The notes: generated by a model from the sequence alone, not told the origin. A stretch of DNA of 64,000 nt from an uncultured Gammaproteobacteria bacterium (GCA_964540635.1 CAZINP010000001.1:93364-157363), one strand, 5' to 3'. Shown: positions 9,464 through 17,548, counted from the stretch's first letter. Made by a program: numbers and translations.

Positions 9464-9481
9464 GCAATAAAATTAATTTTT

Positions 9482-9970
9482 ATGGAAATAAATTCAAAAA
9501 ATATTTTTAAAGTTTTTACAATTATAATATCAATTGTTGCTTTAGTTTTTTCATTTCTTGCGTGGCAGGTTAATAATAAACAATTTTTGTCTTCAGCAAG
9601 ACCATATGTTATCGCTGAAAATTTTGGTACGCTTACTAACAACTACTCATATATACCTCAACCAAGTGCTCTAGCTATAATTGTTCTTAATGTACCTGCA
9701 AAAATAATACGCGAAGAAGTAATTTATTATTCAGACAAAAATATTGTTTATAATAGCACTAATACAGATGAAGTATTAATACCTGGAAATCAGATGCAAT
9801 ATAAAAGGGAATGCCCAGAAGAGATACTAAATAAGCCAAACTTGACAAGATTTGTAAAAATTGATTATAAATGGTTGTCTGGATCAAATGAAAAATATTT
9901 TTTTGAAGCAAGTTGGAAGTTTAACACACAGGATAAAAGATGGGAATTAGAATACCAAAAAGCAAATTAA
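9482..9970 (+). CDS. Cassette 3: hypothetical protein with N-terminal TM helix
   Basis: ATG at 9482 (MEINSK); the longer start at 9383 lies inside the attC. Confidence 0.75.
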   Translation: MEINSKNIFKVFTIIISIVALVFSFLAWQVNNKQFLSSARPYVIAENFGTLTNNYSYIPQPSALAIIVLNVPAKIIREEVIYYSDKNIVYNSTNTDEVLIPGNQMQYKRECPEEILNKPNLTRFVKIDYKWLSGSNEKYFFEASWKFNTQDKRWELEYQKAN

Positions 9971-9979
9971 TTTTACTGC

Positions 9980-10033
9980 ATACAACACGGTTTTAGCGAA
10001 ATTAAAACTTCGCCAAAACCGGGAACGTTAGGG
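9980..10033 (+). mobile_element. attC site (54 bp, short)
   Basis: ATACAAC, CGGTTTTAGCGAA / TTCGCCAAAACCG arms, GTTAGGG. Confidence 0.85.
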
Positions 10034-10053
10034 GAAATATGACTTGCTTCCTG

Positions 10054-10086
10054 AAAAAAAGACCACGCCCCTTGTCGAAGCGTGGT
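10054..10086 (-). terminator. Terminator of the inverted cassette gene
   Basis: Minus strand ACCACGCT...GGCGTGGT followed by C and T7. Confidence 0.6.
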
Positions 10087-10127
10087 AAGAAACCAGTTTG
10101 GCATTGTTTGGCGGCGAAGGCCGAGAA

Positions 10128-10913
10128 TCAGCTCTTGAATAGCTCCATTGCCACATCGGCGCCGGGAACATGACCTAAGCGAGCCATGAATTCCCAAAGC
10201 AAGAGAGCAACGGCAATGTATGCTACTGCTGAGCCAGCGATTCCTACGCCATTCATAGCCGGATGTTCTGTACGCCTCTTATACTCGACGATGAGTTCGA
10301 GGCTGCCAACAATAAGCAGGATGAAAAACAGAACAAGACCAACTTTGAAGGCAAGAAAACCAGAGGCGATCACCCCGATAGTAAGAAACACCAGACCAAT
10401 GCCGGAATTCACGGAGTAGGCGATGGATTTCATGATTCTGCCGCCATCTAAGGGATTAATCGGCAGAAGGTTGAAAAGATTGACCATTGCCATCCAGCTG
10501 GCTGCAGCGGCGAAAAGCGGATTTTCGGTCAAGACATAGATAAGGCCGGTAAACAGCACCAGGGCAAAGCCCCAGAGCGGCCCCATGATCGCGATAACCA
10601 CTTCCGCCCCTCGTGAAGGAAATTCCGCATCCGCAACAGCGGCGGCACCGAGGAATGGCAAAAAGTAGATACCTTTCGTCTTGATTCCGTATCGCCTCAT
10701 CGCCCAAATGTGCCCACTCTCGTGGATGAACAGCATAACCATGATCATCACAGCAAACTGCCAGCTCAGAAGATAGGCATAGGATGCCATAGAGGTAACC
10801 GCAAGGCCTACCTTACCTACCTTTAATCCCTTAACCACCTTGGCAAGAACCGCTATGATCTTCGGTCCCACTTTGATGATAAGGGCAATCATCCCTGCGC
10901 CAAACTTTCTCAT
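10128..10913 (-). CDS. Cassette 4: site-2 protease (peptidase M50), inverted relative to the array
   Basis: HESGH zinc motif, MGP, NLFNLLPINPLDGG; ATG 10913 with GGAAGGAG RBS; higher GC than flanks. Confidence 0.9.
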   Translation of the reverse strand: MRKFGAGMIALIIKVGPKIIAVLAKVVKGLKVGKVGLAVTSMASYAYLLSWQFAVMIMVMLFIHESGHIWAMRRYGIKTKGIYFLPFLGAAAVADAEFPSRGAEVVIAIMGPLWGFALVLFTGLIYVLTENPLFAAAASWMAMVNLFNLLPINPLDGGRIMKSIAYSVNSGIGLVFLTIGVIASGFLAFKVGLVLFFILLIVGSLELIVEYKRRTEHPAMNGVGIAGSAVAYIAVALLLWEFMARLGHVPGADVAMELFKS

Positions 10914-10985
10914 TCTATATTCTCCTTCCAAGGTTCAATATCATGATCCTCTCATGACAGAGGTCTCCACACTGGAAAACACTTT

Positions 10986-11014
10986 ATGTTAGCATAATTA
11001 TTGACATATGTCAA
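10986..11014 (-). promoter_or_regulatory. Promoter of the S2P gene, with TTGACATATGTCAA palindrome over the -35
   Basis: TTGACA-17-TAACAT with extended TG on minus strand; perfect 14-bp palindrome 11001-11014. Confidence 0.6.
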
Positions 11015-11120
11015 CCGCAAAAACCACAACTAACTATTTACATAACTAGTAACGCAAGTCATACTTCCCCTAACACTTTTTATCTGGCTCACTCACTAAA
11101 TAAAATTACTTATAAACACT

Positions 11121-11495
11121 ATGGGCAGTTACATCGAAATAAACGACACACTTCAAATTACTAAAAAACAAGGGTTTCCTTCCGAGCTAGATTTTAAAAA
11201 ACATAGAAATCACCCGCTTACTGCGAATAACTTTAAAGGTAAAATTTTTAAATTTAGAAACAAAGATAAAATCAGAATCTACCACGCTCCGCCAGTCAGA
11301 AATTTTCTTGTTCAAAATATCGACAATAAATGGTTATACTGGGGCTTGATCCATATACTTGAAGTCACCCACAATCAAGTTAAAAAAACTACTTCTGGAA
11401 AATTTAAAATTGTTTATATTTACACTCCCGAAGAAATGAAGCAAGCCCATAAACTGATTGATAGAAATAAGAAAACGGATTATTTTAATAATTAA
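11121..11495 (+). CDS. Hypothetical protein
   Basis: 124-aa ORF with normal start context. Confidence 0.7.
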   Translation: MGSYIEINDTLQITKKQGFPSELDFKKHRNHPLTANNFKGKIFKFRNKDKIRIYHAPPVRNFLVQNIDNKWLYWGLIHILEVTHNQVKKTTSGKFKIVYIYTPEEMKQAHKLIDRNKKTDYFNN

Positions 11496-11548
11496 TTTTA
11501 TTCAACCGCGCATCCGAATTAACTACTCCACACATTATTTAAATTTAC

Positions 11549-12184
11549 ATGGCAACACCCATAGTTCACGTCGTTTTGACGGATAAAATATTCAATAAAT
11601 TTTTTATTAACAGAAATAAAAAAGATTTTTTTATTGGCACATCTTTTCCCGACATAAGATACTTAAGAATTATCAAAAGAGAAAAAACGCATTTTGAAAA
11701 TGTCAAAATGAAAGATATTGAAAAAGAAAATGATTTTACGGCCGGATTAAAATTTCATTCTATTTTAGATCAAATCAGAGAAGATTTTATTGTTAAAAAC
11801 AATGCCTATGATTTATTTCCCAACTCAAAACTTTCCACTCTTGCCTTAAAGCTGGCAGAGGATAGGATCTTATACAATAATACTCAAGACTGGCAAGAAT
11901 ATATTGATTATTTAAATGAGGTTTTAGTGGATGAAATTAATTTTGGGCTGAAGGCAGATGATATAAAAAAATGGCACGAATTGCTTCAACAACTGTTTTC
12001 TCATTCACCAAATAGACAATCAATCCAAGATTTTGCCTCTGAAATCTTCTTTTCAAATCATGATATTAACGAGCTTGATAAAATGGCGACTCAACTTAGT
12101 GCCAATAAAAAACTGATTAAAATTATAAAAAATTTGTACGCCAACTTTGAAACTTTAACCCAAAATTATATAAAAAATAATTAA
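11549..12184 (+). CDS. Putative metal-dependent hydrolase (zinc phospholipase C-like N-terminus)
   Basis: N-terminal H, FFIGTSFPD, THF, GLKFHSILD pattern. Confidence 0.5.
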   Translation: MATPIVHVVLTDKIFNKFFINRNKKDFFIGTSFPDIRYLRIIKREKTHFENVKMKDIEKENDFTAGLKFHSILDQIREDFIVKNNAYDLFPNSKLSTLALKLAEDRILYNNTQDWQEYIDYLNEVLVDEINFGLKADDIKKWHELLQQLFSHSPNRQSIQDFASEIFFSNHDINELDKMATQLSANKKLIKIIKNLYANFETLTQNYIKNN

Positions 12185-12197
12185 TAATTTTATTATT

Positions 12198-12494
12198 ATG
12201 AAAAAATCAATCGAATCTATGTCCCAAGAGGGTAAAAAACCTGAATCGTTGAATGTCCCAAGCGAAAAGTTAAGCTTAGGAAGATCGGGAAATTTAAGAG
12301 ATGCAATTGAGCAACTCAAGGGCAAAGAGCCGGGAACATACATATCATATGTATCAGAAAAGTTTAATATTCAAGGTGAAGTAGAACAAGCATGCGCTGA
12401 GCAAGGATTAGAAAATATTACCGTCGAGAATCTTCCTTACTGGGGCGGGGAACGGATGTACAGAATAACGGTTCAAAAATCAGAGAAAGAATAA
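12198..12494 (+). CDS. Hypothetical protein
   Basis: 98-aa ORF tightly packed between neighbours. Confidence 0.6.
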   Translation: MKKSIESMSQEGKKPESLNVPSEKLSLGRSGNLRDAIEQLKGKEPGTYISYVSEKFNIQGEVEQACAEQGLENITVENLPYWGGERMYRITVQKSEKE

Positions 12495-12541
12495 CCAATA
12501 ATTATTCGGACAAAACAAAAAAATAATAAACTCAAAAAATT

Positions 12542-13237
12542 ATGAGAAAATTATTAATTTTGACAATTGCAATTTTAAGCGTTGCGACTGTTGGATGTTC
12601 TAATATAAATTATTCAAAAAAGAACGTTATAAAAACAGGCGGTGAGGAATACGTTGTTGACTCAAGCGATCTTTACAACGTAGATCCGATTGAAACAAAC
12701 TCAAATCTAGAAAAACTCAACGAAAATGAGCAAAATTGGCTAATCCACATGCGCGAAGAAGAAAAGTTGGCGCGAGACGTATACGAAACCCTTGGCAAAA
12801 AATGGCAAATGAATATTTTTATAAACATTGCCAAATCAGAACAAACACACACCGACTCAATCAAAACACTTCTTGAGCGCTATAATATACAAGACCCGGT
12901 AAAAAATGACGCCATCGGAGAATTTAATCTTGCAGAAATAAAACAACTCTATAATGACTTAATCCAAAAAGGAAATAATAGCCTTGTTGACGCACTTGTG
13001 GTAGGTGCGACAATAGAAGATTTGGATATCTTTGATTTAGATGTTGCCATTAAAGAATCAAGCAAAACAGATATTAATACCGTGTATGCAAACCTGCAAA
13101 AAGGGTCACGAAATCATATGCGTGCGTTTATAAAACAGATAAATAATCAAGGAAGCACTTATTCTCCCTCATATATATCCGAAGAAACATACAACGGCAT
13201 AATATCTTCATCTCAAGAAAAAGGAAGGGTGCAATAG
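12542..13237 (+). CDS. DUF2202 family ferritin-like lipoprotein
   Basis: MREEEKLARDVY, FINIAKSEQTH, IEDLDIFDL, GSRNHMRAF; lipobox VGC. Confidence 0.85.
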   Translation: MRKLLILTIAILSVATVGCSNINYSKKNVIKTGGEEYVVDSSDLYNVDPIETNSNLEKLNENEQNWLIHMREEEKLARDVYETLGKKWQMNIFINIAKSEQTHTDSIKTLLERYNIQDPVKNDAIGEFNLAEIKQLYNDLIQKGNNSLVDALVVGATIEDLDIFDLDVAIKESSKTDINTVYANLQKGSRNHMRAFIKQINNQGSTYSPSYISEETYNGIISSSQEKGRVQ

Positions 13238-13251
13238 GTTTTAAAAAATAT

Positions 13252-13677
13252 ATGGCTTACTACAATAAAATTGGATTATTGGTTTTAAATGAAGACAAAA
13301 CAAAATTTTTAGTTTGTGAACCAGGATCACTTTACAAAGAAAAAAGCGTAACGCAATATTTAATGCCCGGCGGACAATTTCAAGAAGAAACAATAGAAGA
13401 ATGCTTGAAGGCGGAAATAAAAGAAGAGCTTGATTGCGATGTTGATCTTAACAGCATTGAATTTATTGATGACTATGTTGATGTTGCTGCGTCAAATCCC
13501 AAAAGAGATGTTTTAATTAAATTATACAAGGGCTCTTTGGTCGGCACACCAACCCCGTCCACAGAAATTGGGGCAATCCACTGGCTGAGCAAAGATGATA
13601 TAACAAATGAAAAAGTATCGCCAATAATCAGAAATAAAATAATCCCGGATTTAATCGCCAAAAAAATATTGAGATAA
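13252..13677 (+). CDS. NUDIX hydrolase
   Basis: MPGG...ETIEECLKAEIKEELD Nudix box. Confidence 0.85.
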   Translation: MAYYNKIGLLVLNEDKTKFLVCEPGSLYKEKSVTQYLMPGGQFQEETIEECLKAEIKEELDCDVDLNSIEFIDDYVDVAASNPKRDVLIKLYKGSLVGTPTPSTEIGAIHWLSKDDITNEKVSPIIRNKIIPDLIAKKILR

Positions 13678-13770
13678 AATTAATACTCGCAAGGTTAAAC
13701 CCTTGCCAATATAAACATCAAGTGTTAATCTGAAACCGGCAATTACGCCGAAAAAACGAAAAGCAACTTA

Positions 13771-14037
13771 ATGGAGGATAATCTCGTGCCTATTCAAAGT
13801 ATGGATGAGGTCGCCATTCAAGACGGAAAAGGTGGCCGGGCAGTTGTCCGGCCGGGCAACAAAGTGTGGTTGTCGCCGGAGGGAAACAACGAATCCATGC
13901 GCCAGTTTTGTCACGGCCAAGAGCCATACACAATCAAGTGGATTGGCAAATGGCCGTGCGGCGGAGTAAATCTTTATCTAGAGGGGCGAGGCGAGGGAGC
14001 TTCAAGCAGAAACTTTCAGAGCTCCCCGAGAGAATAA
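13771..14037 (+). CDS. Small hypothetical protein with own promoter (start may be GTG 13786)
   Basis: Higher GC; TTGCCA(13703)-17-TAATCT upstream; GGAGG at 13773-13777 precedes GTG 13786. Confidence 0.6.
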   Translation: MEDNLVPIQSMDEVAIQDGKGGRAVVRPGNKVWLSPEGNNESMRQFCHGQEPYTIKWIGKWPCGGVNLYLEGRGEGASSRNFQSSPRE

Positions 14038-14113
14038 ATCTCTTAAAACGGATGTCACATTGGGAGGCAAAATTTGTCTCCCTATTTTTTAAATATTGAT
14101 TTTTATTTTCCTT

Positions 14114-14173
14114 GTTAACCACTATTGACAATTAGGTTAACCTATGTTAACCTTAATATATAGTACGGTTAAC
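14114..14173 (+). promoter_or_regulatory. TA operon promoter/operator with four GTTAAC boxes
   Basis: GTTAAC at 14114, 14136, 14146, 14168 around TTGACA at 14125. Confidence 0.7.
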
Positions 14174-14180
14174 AAAAAAT

Positions 14181-14456
14181 ATGGAAAAAATCACCAAAAA
14201 CTACATATCCGTAGCTGAATTAGCTAAATTACTTGGCGTTAGCCGAATTGCCGTTTTTAAACGCATTAAAAAAGGCCAAATCCCGGCTGAAAAAATTGGT
14301 CGTGCTTATGCCATTAGCGCCGAGGTGGCCAATGAAATTCTTGCTGACGGAAAAGATCAAGAATTAAGTGCGGAGAAGAAAAAAATAATCCAAGAGGCAG
14401 TCACCAAGGTCGTCAAAGATTACGGTGAAACCTTAAAGTTGTTAGGCAAAGAATAA
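14181..14456 (+). CDS. Excisionase-like HTH protein, putative antitoxin
   Basis: YISVAELAKLLGVSRIAVFKRIKKGQIPAEKIGRAY (HTH_17-like); C-terminal helix VVKDYGETLKLL; directly upstream of Doc. Confidence 0.75.
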   Translation: MEKITKNYISVAELAKLLGVSRIAVFKRIKKGQIPAEKIGRAYAISAEVANEILADGKDQELSAEKKKIIQEAVTKVVKDYGETLKLLGKE

Positions 14457-14459
14457 TTT

Positions 14460-14882
14460 ATGTTTACCCAAAGACTGACAATTTCTGAGGTTAAGGACGT
14501 GGCGCATCGTTTGGCTCAGCAAACCTTGGGTTGGAGCGAACCAATTCCGGACTTTGCCACTCGTTTTGACAACGTCCTGGAGAGTTGTCTTGATCAGCCA
14601 TTCCAAACCTTTGCCAGAAAATCGCTTTATCCGGGATTTATTAAAAAGGCGGCCACGCTTTTTTATCTGATGATTAAAAATCATCCGTTTAAAAACGGCA
14701 ACAAAAGAATTGCCATGACCACTTTGTTTTATTTTTTGTATAAAAATAAAAAATGGCTGAGAGTTGATAATCACGAATTGTACAACTTTGCCAAATGGGT
14801 GGCTGAAAGCAATCCGAAATTAAAAAACGCAACCGTTGATGCGATTGAAATTTTTTTAAAAGAATATTTAACAGAAATATAA
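14460..14882 (+). CDS. Fic/Doc family toxin (death-on-curing type)
   Basis: KAATLFYLMIKNHPFKNGNKRIA Doc-type motif. Confidence 0.88.
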   Translation: MFTQRLTISEVKDVAHRLAQQTLGWSEPIPDFATRFDNVLESCLDQPFQTFARKSLYPGFIKKAATLFYLMIKNHPFKNGNKRIAMTTLFYFLYKNKKWLRVDNHELYNFAKWVAESNPKLKNATVDAIEIFLKEYLTEI

Positions 14883-14894
14883 ATTATTACAATT

Positions 14895-15338
14895 ATGAAA
14901 TGGTATTTTGCCTCCAGAACTCGTCATCAAAATTCAATTGATAATATTGTTGACTTTCTCAAAACCCAAAACGAAAGCATTGTTTTTGAGTGGTCAAAAC
15001 TGGGCGTGCTCACCCCTTTTAAAGAAAATTTTGAGCAATCTGCGCGTATTGCCGAGCAAATCAGCTCAGCTCTCAAAGAAGCTGAAATTTTTGTTTTAAT
15101 TTCTGATGAAGCGGGAACGGATATGTTTATTGAACTGGGAATTGCCCTGGGCAATTGGCTCCAAAACAAAAAAGTTAAAATATACGCCATTGGAAAATTT
15201 AACGATCGATCGCTAATGCATTTTCATCCGGCCATTAGACAGGTTGAAAAATTAAGTGATGTTTTTAAAATTGAAAATCCTAATTTACTCGGCCAACCCG
15301 GAGCCGAAGTTATTATTAATTTTGACCCTCACGCTTAA
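14895..15338 (+). CDS. Nucleoside 2-deoxyribosyltransferase-like protein
   Basis: N-terminal YFAS; AEIFVLI...GTDMFIELGIA pattern. Confidence 0.5.
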   Translation: MKWYFASRTRHQNSIDNIVDFLKTQNESIVFEWSKLGVLTPFKENFEQSARIAEQISSALKEAEIFVLISDEAGTDMFIELGIALGNWLQNKKVKIYAIGKFNDRSLMHFHPAIRQVEKLSDVFKIENPNLLGQPGAEVIINFDPHA

Positions 15339-15342
15339 TCAT

Positions 15343-15367
15343 AAAAAAAGCACGTCCGTTGACGTGC
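15343..15367 (-). terminator. Intrinsic terminator
   Basis: GCACGTC-aacg-GACGTGC followed by T7 on minus strand. Confidence 0.65.
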
Positions 15368-15392
15368 GAGGTGCAATTTTGGAGGGCAAGAC

Positions 15393-15581
15393 TTACTTTC
15401 CCCAGACGACTTTGATTCCAATGGAGACGATGATAAAGGCGGTGGAGAACAGGAGGTTGTAAACATCTAAAACTTCGGCTGTTCCACCGTTGAAATTCTT
15501 AATCATCATTATAAGCCAGTTGAATGTCACCAAAAAAATCCCAACAACAAAAACAAAGCACGACGCAAATTTCATAGCCAT
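15393..15581 (-). CDS. Small 2-TM membrane protein (62 aa)
   Basis: MAMKFASCFVFVVGIFLV...; GAAAGGA RBS-like motif; own promoter TTGACT(15687)-17-TAAAAT and terminator. Confidence 0.6.
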   Translation of the reverse strand: MAMKFASCFVFVVGIFLVTFNWLIMMIKNFNGGTAEVLDVYNLLFSTAFIIVSIGIKVVWGK

Positions 15582-15694
15582 TTCCTTTCGCCAATCAATC
15601 CACATCCATCGGCAATCCTATTATCCAAATAGGATTATTTTATTCAAAGAACGAATTTATTTTATATTTAGACGATCATAAAGTCAAGAAATTT

Positions 15695-15885
15695 AAAAAA
15701 GGCTCCAACCAGCAAGACGGCGGGGAGGAATGGTGGGGGTCTTGCTGGCTGAAGCGAAAGTGGGGGTTGATGGAGGGGAGGAACTAGCCGTCGCATAGGG
15801 AACTTGGCCGGATGGCCATTGCTGTTTTATACGGCAGACGGCCGGGGAAGGGTCATCAACCCCCACGGGAAAACACAAAGAGCGT
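15695..15885 (-). ncRNA. Candidate structured ncRNA (~190 nt), family unrecognised
   Basis: GC-rich island; 13-bp perfect stem 15760-15772/15854-15866; 17-bp terminal stem 15702-15718/15739-15755 with G-U pairs only on the minus strand, then U6; upstream TTTACA-16-TATGAT. Confidence 0.6.
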
Positions 15886-15979
15886 AAATTAATCATACCA
15901 AATTATTCCAATTTGTAAATATGCTTGAAAAATCGGTTTTTTTTGCTATAATAACCTTGTTTTAAACTAATCGTTTTCT

Positions 15980-17539
15980 ATGAAAAATAAATTCCTAGTT
16001 TCAGCAATCTTGCTTACATTAATTTTACCGCAAACAGCGGCCGCCGAATTAATAAAAAGCCAAAATGGTAACACCGTCTATTATTTAGACAATTTTAATA
16101 ATCGCCACCCTTTTCCCAACTTAACCACTTTTCAAAGTTGGTTTGGAAATGATTTTTCAAGCACAAAAATCGTCTCCGAAGAAGCTTTAGCCAAATTGCC
16201 TTTGGGAAAAAATATAACCATTCGTCCGGGTACATTTCTGATAAAAGCCCAAACCGCACCCACGGTTTATGCCGTTGAGCAGGGCGGGGTCATCAGGCCG
16301 ATTTCAAGCGAAATTGCGGCCGAAGAAGTTTTTGGGCAAAACTGGAATAAAAAAATTGTTGATGTGCCCGATGTTTTTTTTGGCAACTACACCCTAGGCA
16401 AAACCATTACCAGCGACAACGATATTCCGGACAATGTTTTATACTATAATACCAACAAGAAAAAATATTATTTTAAATCAATGGGAATTGTGCGACCGTT
16501 TTCTTCTGAAAGCGCTGTTTTGGCCAATCATCTTAAGCTAAGCGATGCTATTGCCAAGCCGTATGACTTTTCCGAAAGAGAAAAACCAATAACCGGGTTG
16601 GATAAAAGCGTTTTTAATCCGGCCGAATCAGCTTATGTTTCAAGAGTTGATTGTGAAAATAAAAAATTAAAAGCCGCCGTTATCGTGGTGGCCGCTCAAG
16701 AAACCAAGGGCGAGGAATTAAGTAAAGTTGAATTGATAAAAAATAAAATCAGCGAAACCTATTCTTGGGCCACCAGCGGACTTTCCGAAATCGATCTGAA
16801 TTATCCCACTTCTGTAATTTATGACAACGGTTATATTTTATCTACAAACGAAGACGGAACAACCGAAATCAAAAGTGAGTTATTAAACACTTTCTATGAG
16901 ACCAACCCGGATGATTTTGATATTATTTTCATTTTTACCAATTTCAAAACCCCGGAAGAAAACACCAACGAAATTGCGCATTACGCCACCATCACCAACC
17001 GTCAAACCGGCACCGGTCGCTATCAAATTGAATCGGCTCACGTTTACGGTTCAGCCGGCAAATTAAAAGGCGCGATTGTTATGGGCAACATCAATAAATA
17101 CGATTTTGCCACTGAAAAAGGCAAAAACCAAGTTTTAGACATAATCTTACATGAAATCGGCCACCAGTGGTTGGCTTATATCAACTACTACGACGGCACC
17201 GAGACGGCAAATTACGGCTTGTTGCGAGACGACAAAATTCACTGGAGCTACTATGCCGGTTTTATCTCTCCCTTGGGCGGTTCCGGTTGGATTGATAATG
17301 GGGACGGCACTTTTACTTCCGCCCTGGCTCAATTGCCCGAAGGATCATTAAGAAAATACAGCACGCTTGATTTATATTTAATGGGCCTTATTCCGGCTCA
17401 AGTTGTTGGCCCCGTTTTTTACGTTCAACCAACTATTCCAAATCAAGTCGGAAATATCATTGACGGCAAAAAAGTTATGGTAAATATTGATCAAATTATC
17501 AGAGGCAACGGGCCAATCCAATGCAATTTAAGTAAATAA
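15980..17539 (+). CDS. Secreted zinc metallopeptidase-like protein with N-terminal repeated surface domains
   Basis: Signal peptide; repeated VYY...RHPF/RPI/RPF modules; ILHEIGHQW; DLYLMG Met-turn-like motif. Confidence 0.7.
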   Translation: MKNKFLVSAILLTLILPQTAAAELIKSQNGNTVYYLDNFNNRHPFPNLTTFQSWFGNDFSSTKIVSEEALAKLPLGKNITIRPGTFLIKAQTAPTVYAVEQGGVIRPISSEIAAEEVFGQNWNKKIVDVPDVFFGNYTLGKTITSDNDIPDNVLYYNTNKKKYYFKSMGIVRPFSSESAVLANHLKLSDAIAKPYDFSEREKPITGLDKSVFNPAESAYVSRVDCENKKLKAAVIVVAAQETKGEELSKVELIKNKISETYSWATSGLSEIDLNYPTSVIYDNGYILSTNEDGTTEIKSELLNTFYETNPDDFDIIFIFTNFKTPEENTNEIAHYATITNRQTGTGRYQIESAHVYGSAGKLKGAIVMGNINKYDFATEKGKNQVLDIILHEIGHQWLAYINYYDGTETANYGLLRDDKIHWSYYAGFISPLGGSGWIDNGDGTFTSALAQLPEGSLRKYSTLDLYLMGLIPAQVVGPVFYVQPTIPNQVGNIIDGKKVMVNIDQIIRGNGPIQCNLSK

Positions 17540-17548
17540 TATAAAAAT

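Larger units (their letters stand above)
7291..11074 (+). mobile_element. Integron gene-cassette array without integrase in window (CALIN-like), four cassettes
   Basis: Core sites GTTAAGT(7291), GTTAGTA(7879), GTTGTAT(9457), GTTAGGG(10027) each exactly complement the inverse core at the end of the same cassette: ACTTAAC(7765), TACTAAC(9356), ATACAAC(9980), CCCTAAC(11068). Confidence 0.88.

Noticed and set aside
9383-9481. N-terminal extension of the 9383..9970 ORF
   Set aside because: Lies within the attC hairpin; ATG 9482 is the plausible start
7765-10033. Spaced palindromes as CRISPR or REP elements
   Set aside because: Non-identical, separated by whole genes, carry attC core sites; no cas genes in window
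14181-14456. HTH protein as prophage excisionase
   Set aside because: No integrase or phage genes; coupling to Doc and operator boxes favour antitoxin
15693-15896. 67-aa minus-strand ORF
   Set aside because: Start overlaps the -10 box, Pro/Ser-rich low-complexity translation, and long stems with G-U pairs favour an RNA; not fully excluded
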